From contig OX597830.1 in the NCBI GenBank assembly GCA_951406725.2, positions 16,244,001-16,308,000 of the forward strand: DNA of 64,000 nucleotides. Direction: 5' to 3'. The stretch comes from Octopus vulgaris (lineage: Eukaryota). This document shows positions 55,642 to 64,000 of the stretch, one piece after another (position 1 is the stretch's first letter; the number at the start of each line of letters is the position of its first letter). The notes beneath the pieces are model-generated. The model saw only the letters and a list, made by a program, of their open reading frames with translations, had not been told where the DNA came from and ran no database searches. Made by a program: the position numbers and the translations under genes.

Positions 55642-55867
55642 AGGCGACGAGCTGGCAGAAACGTTAGCACGCCGGGCGAAATGCGTAACCGTATTTCGTC
55701 TGCCGTTACGTTCTGAGTTCAAATTCCGCCGAGGTCGACTTTGCCTTTCATCCTTTCGGAGTCGATAAATTATGTACCATTTACGTACTGGGGTCGATGT
55801 AATCGACTTAATACCTATGTCTGTCCTTGTTTGTCCCCTCTGTGTTTAGCCCCTTGTGGGTAGTAAA
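55642..55867 (+). mobile_element. SINE family C
   Basis: GGCGACGAGCTGGCAGAAACG...CCCTTGTGGGTAGTAAA. Confidence 0.9.
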
Positions 55868-56352
55868 AATTTAATAAAAATGATCACTACAATACTCTTT
55901 TTTCTGTAAACAATCATTAGCATGAGAAAAATGAAGGTAAAAAGATGCATTGCAAGATAGAGAAAAAAAAAGGGGGAGAGAAAAAAAAAGGAACAGCGCG
56001 TGAAAGAAAGGAAACATCAGAAGTGTAAAATTTGAAAAGTAAAATTGCCAAGAGTGAGTATGAAAAGAAGGGAGGACAAGTAAGGGACAATGAGAAATAA
56101 GGTTCTAGAGAATGGTAGGGTAATGTAGAAATAACAAAGAGTACCTAGAATTTAAAAAGGAAAAGGAATACGATTATAAAAAATAAAGGAAGGAGAGATA
56201 GAAAAAAGTTTGCGGAAGAGAGCGAAAAAGACGGAAAAACACGGCTAAAAGACAGACATATAGAAAAAAATCTGGAGAAAAAATATGAACGACTGTGATG
56301 GTAGGACTTTAAGTTTAATTATAACCGTAATTATGATCATACATAATGATCA

Positions 56353-56516
56353 TAGTGGCTGTGTGGTAAGTAGCTTGCTTACTAACCACATTGTTCCGGG
56401 TTCAGTCCCACTGCGTGGCACCTTGGGCAAATGTCTTCTACTATAGCCTTGGGCCGACCAAAGCCTTGTGAATGGATTTGGTAGACGGAAACTGAAAGAA
56501 GCCCGTCGTATATATG

Positions 56517-56562
<46 letters not shown>

Positions 56563-56770
56563 TGTGTGTGTGTCTGTCTCCCCAACATCGCTTGACAACC
56601 GATGCTGGTGTATTTACGTCCCCGTAACTTAGCGGTTCGGCAAAAGAGACCGATAGAATAAGTACTAGGCCTACAAAGAATAAGTCCTGTGGGTCGATTT
56701 GCTCGACCAACGGCGGTGCTCCAGCATGGCTACAGTCAAATGACTGAAACAAGTAAAAGAGTAAAAGAGT
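56353..56770 (+). mobile_element. SINE family A (slightly 5'-clipped)
   Basis: agtggctgtgtggtaag...aagtaaaagagtaaaagag. Confidence 0.9.
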
Positions 56771-56948
56771 ATACATCTAAAAAAAATTATATCCCTGGGG
56801 TCTGTGCGCAAAACATGTGATTACTAGAGAAGGGACAGGAAGTCATGAGGCATAAGTTATTCGAATAGCAGGGTTCATTTGCCTCAAAATTTGAAGGTCT
56901 TGAGCAGAAAACTGACGCGGCCTACCGGCACGAAAATTGCAGAGGAAG

Positions 56949-56968
56949 GGTGACGTCACCTCCCGCCC
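56949..56968. promoter_or_regulatory. Possible CRE plus GC-box element
   Basis: 12-bp palindrome GGTGACGTCACC (CRE TGACGTCA) followed 1 nt later by CCCGCCC, in a CpG-retaining non-repeat patch. Motif evidence only. Confidence 0.3.
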
Positions 56969-57421
56969 AAAGGATTTTGCCCTCGCAGAATTAGTTTTTG
57001 GTGGGAAAAATAAAGACGGATAGGTTTTTGAACGCTCCTCGTACCCACGAAAAGGACATACAGAAAATATAAATTTATTTTAATGTATATACTCTAAATT
57101 ATTTTCTGCGTATCATCCGATCATTCAGCTTTAGATATTTTCATGTATTTAAACATTATCACAGAGAAAGTTTACAAAAGGCTAAATGAACACTTTCGCC
57201 AAGAAATATTTCCGCTATATCAACAAAACATTGATATCTATCACAGATATTAAATGCGCATATGTGTGTGTATCAGTGTGTGTATAAGTATGTGTTTTTG
57301 TGTGTAGATGTGCGTATGTATATATATCTGATTATATACACACTCATATACATGCGTGTATGTGTATATACATGTGTGTGTGTATACATGTATGTATGTA
57401 TATAATCTATAAGTAGGTAAG

Positions 57422-57468
<47 letters not shown>

Positions 57469-57628
57469 GTATACATATACTCACATATACACACACAAGC
57501 GTACTCACGCACTTGCACACGCATATGCACACACGCACATAAGTACACACACACACATACACACACACACATACACATAAGCTCTTTCAGCCCGGTTATA
57601 ATCAAAATATCGTGTTTGAGTTCAGTGG

Positions 57629-58013
<385 letters not shown>

Positions 58014-58869
58014 AAGCCATCTTCACTCAACCCTAAACCGCATTTCATCAACGTCAGTGGTTTCAGGTCGTCGGGTCAGTTGTAGCATGCTGCTTTCCTA
58101 TAAGATTTTTTTTTTTATCAACCATCAAACCCTCCTCCGTGAGCCATTGTGTCGATGATAACTTAGTTATTTAGTAAAAGCGCTGGTTTTTTGTAAGAAC
58201 TCCCCCGGGGGCGACCGAAAACTACTGATGTAATTGGTGTTCAATTATAATTTCCAGTGTTGGAGAAAATTCAACAAATGAATAAACTCAAAAACAAATA
58301 GCCGTCAGAGCATCAGAAATAGCGACACGTAAACAGATTTACTGGTGCATTATGCTGCACATTAAGTCATCTCTGCAGCTGACGAACAAAACTATGCATA
58401 TTTATTTGTTTATTTATTTATTTGGTAGAAAAACATTACAGAAAAATCCATTGTTCATTTTCAAAATAGACATTTTACAGCAGGAAAGACCGATAAAACA
58501 AACAGTTTTATCGTCTTCTTTTGTCACTTCTAAGTTACAGTTTGTTTAACAGAGCGATCTTTGTTCATTTGTTCTCGCTACTTTGAAGGAATTACGTCAC
58601 CAGGATTGCCGAAAGAGCAGTGACAGCAGAATCATTGCGACAGAAATAAGGATTAAGGTCTCCTTCACTTCGAAGCAGCCCCTGTAATCTGGTACTTAGT
58701 GGATTTGGTTTTGTAACGTATAACAGATGAAAGATAAAAACCTGCTTAGATAGGACGTCAGTCTACTGTAGATATTTTCCAAACAATTTACTATAGAATG
58801 CCATGCTTTCAAGAAGCAGAAAAATACCTACATGTTATTTTAACTTGCAATATAAGAATTGGTTAAGAT

Positions 58870-59152
58870 TGCGAGCTGGTAAAATCGTTAGCGTGCCGGG
58901 CGAAATGCTTAGCAGTATTTCGTCTGTAGCGACGTTCTGAGTTCAAATTCCACCGAGGTCGACTTTGCCTTTCATCCTTTCGGGGTCGATTAAATAAGTA
59001 CCAGTTACCCACTGGGATCGATATAATCGACTTAATCCGTTTGTCTGTCATTGTTTGTCTTCTGTGTGTTTAGTCCCATGTGAGTAGTAAAGAAAAAGGT
59101 ATTTCGTCTGCCGCTACGTTCTGAGTTCAAATTCCACGGAGGTCGACTTTGC
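58870..59152 (+). mobile_element. SINE family C with a partial second unit
   Basis: gcgagctggtaaaatcgttagc...gagttcaaattcc; the second unit is truncated at ggtcgactttg. Confidence 0.88.
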
Positions 59153-59510
59153 TCCAAGTTAACCCTGATCCAGCAGGTTCATTATCAAAGATGTTCCAGC
59201 TATGATTATTATTTTTTTTTTATTCAGCATTTTCCTTCTCTTTTAAAACGTTAGTGTGTGAGCTGGAAGATATCTTGCTACTATTTCTTCCAGGTCAAGT
59301 GAGCACGTAGAAGCTTCTACGTTAGCCTATCGCTAGTTATTGCTGTTTAGTCTCTGGTCAGTCCTAATCCCGTAGACTTGTGACCAAAGACGTTCCAACC
59401 ATGACATAATTGTTCCTTTTACCTTGTTTAGTATATCTAGGAAACAGCATGAAAACGTATTTTCTTGAAGTCGTTATGGTATTATCTGAGGGACGTTTGT
59501 CTGCTATTTC

Positions 59511-59740
59511 TTATTTCTTTATTGCCCACAAGGGGCTAAACATAGAGGGGACAAACAAGGATAGACAAAGGGATTAAGTCGATTATATCGATCCAGTGCG
59601 TAACTGGTACTTATTTAATCGATCCCGAAAGGATGAAAGGCAAAGTCGACCTCGGCGAAATTTGAACTCAGAACGTAACGGCAGACAAAATGCGGCTACG
59701 CATTTCGCCCGGCATGCTAACGTTTCTGCCAGCTCGCCGC
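59511..59740 (-). mobile_element. SINE family C
   Basis: Reverse complement of a full C unit; imperfect TSD TCTGCT(A/G)TTTCT. Confidence 0.88.
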
Positions 59741-60187
59741 CTTATCTGCTGTTTCTCATAGACCAAGCAATCACGTCGTGTTTCCTTCTGCGATATGACG
59801 AAAGGGAAACGGTAAAGTGAGAGTACTTAGCGCCGTGAAAGCACCCGATCTTTTCTGTGTAAGCTTGGTATTTATTCCCGTCTCTAAAGCAATGTAGGAG
59901 CATTCAATTAATGCAAGACATAATATGCTTTCATTCCAGAAGCGTATCGAAATGTCTGCAACCGATTTGAACGTACAATCAGTTAGCAAGATAATCAAGA
60001 ACTGTAACCACTCATTATTTTCACTTCCACAATTAAGTGCCTCCCAGAAGTAAAGCACCCGATATCCATTTGCCTCCTCCCCTAAATATATAATTAGGGG
60101 TCGTAGTATATATGATTTACTGACGATGTATATATATAATTATAATTAAGGGTACCGAAGAGGCACCACCATCCCAGAAATAGCATT

Positions 60188-60242
<55 letters not shown>

Positions 60243-60709
60243 ATGTATGTACATATGTGTGAGTGCGCGTATGCATATATATATACATATACATGCATAT
60301 ATATATATATATATCGTTGAGGCTAAAGATACTTCAGAAATTGTTAATGAAATAGTAATTTACTCTACCTTGGTATCTGAGTACAATATTTCCACTTGTT
60401 TGGCACTTATGTTCTCACATGTATGTCTACACACATACACACACACACTCACCACACACACACACACACATACATACATACATACATACATACATACATA
60501 CATACATACATACATACATACATACATACATACATACATACTCAATGATGTGCTAAAATGCATTTGACCAAGATGTCATTCAATGCGCTGGTGCCCGAGA
60601 TGCCCGAGACCTCGTGATTACAAAGCGGACACCATAACGATTCTGCTATCCTGTATCTTAATCAATGTCAGATTTCTTGCAGATTAATATCTATGTGTAA
60701 GTGCATGTA

Positions 60710-60742
<33 letters not shown>

Positions 60743-62272
60743 GAATAGCTTCGGAGCGACCTGATTTCTCCAGAGATTTATTATAAATTTATTGAAGCAT
60801 ACTGAACTCTCAGACAAAATGGAATTGGCTATGATTAAGTGCGCAGACTTCTTATAAGTACCAGCGACAAAAGTTGGAATTAAAAGCCTGTTATTAACTT
60901 CAGAACTTGGCAACGTATATCGCGTTTTGGATCAAATTTTCGTAGTGATTCTATCAAAGAAAAAGTCAATGAAATGTCTATTTAACAAGCTTTGAAGGAA
61001 AGATATTAATAGAACTCGGCCACGTGAAATGGCTACACATTAGAACTCATCATGTGTATCAATGGATTCTTGAGATTCAACTGGAAAAGCAGATAATCAA
61101 GTCGACCACTTTTGAAGAACAAACACGTCTGTTTCTATAAATTATGAAAATTTCATAATGGTATGTATTTCTTTGTCATCTTTCCAGAACATAGGAACAT
61201 TCTAGATTTCCTGATAGCACCTCATTGTTAATAGTTCGTCTTTGATATAATGCCTTTAAACTAAATAGTCCATTCTTTACAGTTGGCTTGTACACGGAGA
61301 TAGCGTATTGTTGTCTAAACAGAGGCGATAATTGATCAGCGATACGCTAGACAACTGTATATTGCGATACACATTTCATATTTGCGCCTGTGTGTGTGTG
61401 TGTGAATGGTTATTCTAAGGAGGAAGGAAATCATTTCAGGCTCTTTTAAACATATGTGGTTTCCGTGATTAGTGTTTCATGGGGAAACTCTGGGGAGGGA
61501 AGAAAACCTAGAGGAGTGAAAGTTCTGGGGAGTAAGGGCGAACCGACTGCTTTATTATTATTATTATTATTATTATTATCATTATTATTATTATTATAGT
61601 ATAGTATAGAAATGAAGGGAAGGACATACATGAAGGTTAACACTGAGTATAAGTAACTGGATCTCCATCGCTTTCGACGATGAGTAAAGAGATATTCAGT
61701 CAACTGAATTCCCTATTTCTTAAATCAGTGTAAAGGTGGTTGAGTATTACACAGACACGTGTTACATGTTATTTCTCAGACAGAATCAGTGTGACACTGG
61801 TGTGTACACAAAGCTGTACTACTGCGTTACAAATACAATCCATCGATGGGCTTCCACACAGTTTCCGTCTACTCGATTTTGCTCACAAAATTTGAGCCAA
61901 CCCAAGACTCTTGTATATGACTCTTTCTCAGATGTCAAGAAGAGGGTTCGAGATCAGGTCCTGTAATTATAAAGCCAACTTCTTAACCATCCAGCCATGC
62001 TACACCCGCGATGATTGGATGAGAGACGTAAAAATACGGACTAATTGGAAAATTCTACATAAGAGAAGTTTATTACCTTGTGATTCAAAGTAAATATCTT
62101 GCTTCTGATTAGATCATCCGGTGATGTTGACAACACCAAAATACTGGATGGGATAATAATTAAGTCTATTTTTCCAGGAAGAGTTGTTTAGTAATAATAA
62201 AATAAACAGAGAAGAGACAATGTCTTAGGGGTGGGGCTAGTAGTGGTAGTACCTAGGAGTGAGTGTATGTGA

Positions 62273-62322
<50 letters not shown>

Positions 62323-62525
62323 GTGTGTGTGTGTGTGTTTGTGTGTGTGTACATGTTTGTGCGTGTGGATGGGTGTGCGCGCGCGGGTGTGTTTCGTTAA
62401 ATTGTACTCCTGGATTTATCTCCCTTCTGCTCTCTTGTTTTGTACTTGGGTGCCTTACGCTAGATACACAACATCACCAATAACCCTTTGTCTTTCTCCT
62501 ATGAACTGATGAATTAGAGAACTCA

Positions 62526-62561
<36 letters not shown>

Positions 62562-62709
62562 GTGCGAGTGTGTGTGTGCGTGCGCATATTTCTCGGTGCC
62601 TCTACATATATATATTCCAAATGTAAATATGCTTCCTTTCTCTCCTGTGAAATGAAAGCATTTCATTCAACGTCCAAGAGATCGAAGTTTACTTTAGCGC
62701 TGTTGCTAA

Positions 62710-62804
62710 AGTAGGTAGGTAGGTAGGTAAGTAGGTAGGTAGGTAGGTAAGCAGGCAGGCAGGCAGGCAGGCAGGTAGGTAGGTAGGTAGGTAGGTAGGT
62801 AGGT

Positions 62805-62843
<39 letters not shown>

Positions 62844-63207
62844 TAGGTAGGTAGGTAGGTAGGTAGGTAGGTAGGTAGGTAGGTAGGTAGGTAGGTAGGT
62901 AGATCGGTAGGTAGGTCGGTAGGTAGGTAGGTAGGTAGGTGGGTAGTTAGGTAGGTAGGCAGACAGGCAGGTAGGTAGGTAGGTAGGTAGGTAGGTAGGT
63001 AGGTATGTAGGTAGGTGGGTAGTTAGGTAGGTAGGCAGGCAGGCAGGTAGGTAGGTAGGTAGGTAGGTAGGTAGGTAGGTAGGTAGGTAGGCAGGCAGGC
63101 AGATAGGCAGGCAGGCAGGCAGGTAGGTAGGTAGGTAGGTAGGTAGGTAGGTAGGTAGGTAGGTAGGTAGGTAGGTAGGTAGGTAGGTAGATCGGTAGGT
63201 AGGTAGG
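62710..63207. repeat. (AGGT)n/(AGGC)n tetranucleotide tract; (GAT)n follows at 63669-63745
   Basis: Directly visible. Confidence 0.95.
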
Positions 63208-63668
63208 AACATAAGTATGTATGTATGTCCTTTTTCTCTCTTTAATTTAGAACAAATTTTGACCGCCCACTTCTTGGTAGCAAAGGTTATAAAGGAAAGT
63301 ACCTTGATTTAACCATCAGCCATTAAATCTTAATAATGTCTTGCAGATTTTTACAGTCCCAGTTATCATGATCATTTATAGCGTTATGATTTAAGGATTT
63401 GCGCTCTCATCCCAACATCCTAAATTCAGCCATACTTTGCTCCAGACGGGTCGCTATGTATCCTGTGGCTCCAATGTATCTGTTCGGTGAGATATGGCAA
63501 ACCCACTAAGAAGTACTCAAAGTATTAATGCTGAGTGTGAACATATGCTATTAAAACAGAGTCCGACAAAAGGCGTTTCGTTTCGGTGCAGCACACCGCA
63601 AGAAATGATCTGAGAAATATTTACTCCTGATGTGACCTACTAGCAGAGTAAAAGTGTTTACGTCCGAG

Positions 63669-63745
<77 letters not shown>

Positions 63746-63916
63746 GTGAAGATGAAACTAAACGATAAATGGCTGGAACGAATGGAGGATAGATAAGAAA
63801 CGGACAGAAAATAAACTGGAAGAATGCATAAGATAAAATGAGCAGAAAATGGGAAAATAGTGCTTGATATGATAACATATAGATGATGACGATGATGATG
63901 ATGGTGGTGGTGGTGG

Positions 63917-63948
<32 letters not shown>

Positions 63949-64000
63949 TTGCTGGTGCTGGTGCTGGTGGTAAGAATACGCATAAAGAATTGATGCGCGG

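Overview
AT-rich, microsatellite-saturated animal genomic DNA. The tRNA-derived SINE families and the (TA)n/(CA)n/(CATA)n/trinucleotide tracts are most consistent with an octopus (coleoid cephalopod) genome; this is inferred, not proven. Nearly all ORFs in the track are artefacts of simple repeats or SINEs. The one convincing host coding piece is a phase-1 exon at 1662-1867 (+) encoding a complete thyroglobulin type-1 domain, with its stop codon abutting a GTAAGT donor and a probable 3'UTR exon at about 3317-3495. The rest is intronic or intergenic. It holds four modular SINE families (here A-D), a frameshifted CR1/L2-group LINE RT plus a second fragment, and Tc1, mariner and piggyBac relics. 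It also holds several MITEs (piggyBac-type, MULE-type with 9-bp TSD and TTAGGG-like repeats, foldbacks), a Helitron-like element and a U6 snRNA pseudogene. The most interesting non-standard signals are: (i) several type-I hammerhead-ribozyme-like motifs in Penelope/retrozyme-like pieces, one in a 292-bp direct-repeat-bounded unit; (ii) a ~600-bp inverted duplication with a perfectly identical 201-bp core carrying an ATG|GTAAGT junction; (iii) a U6 copy whose ACAGAG box is inverted.
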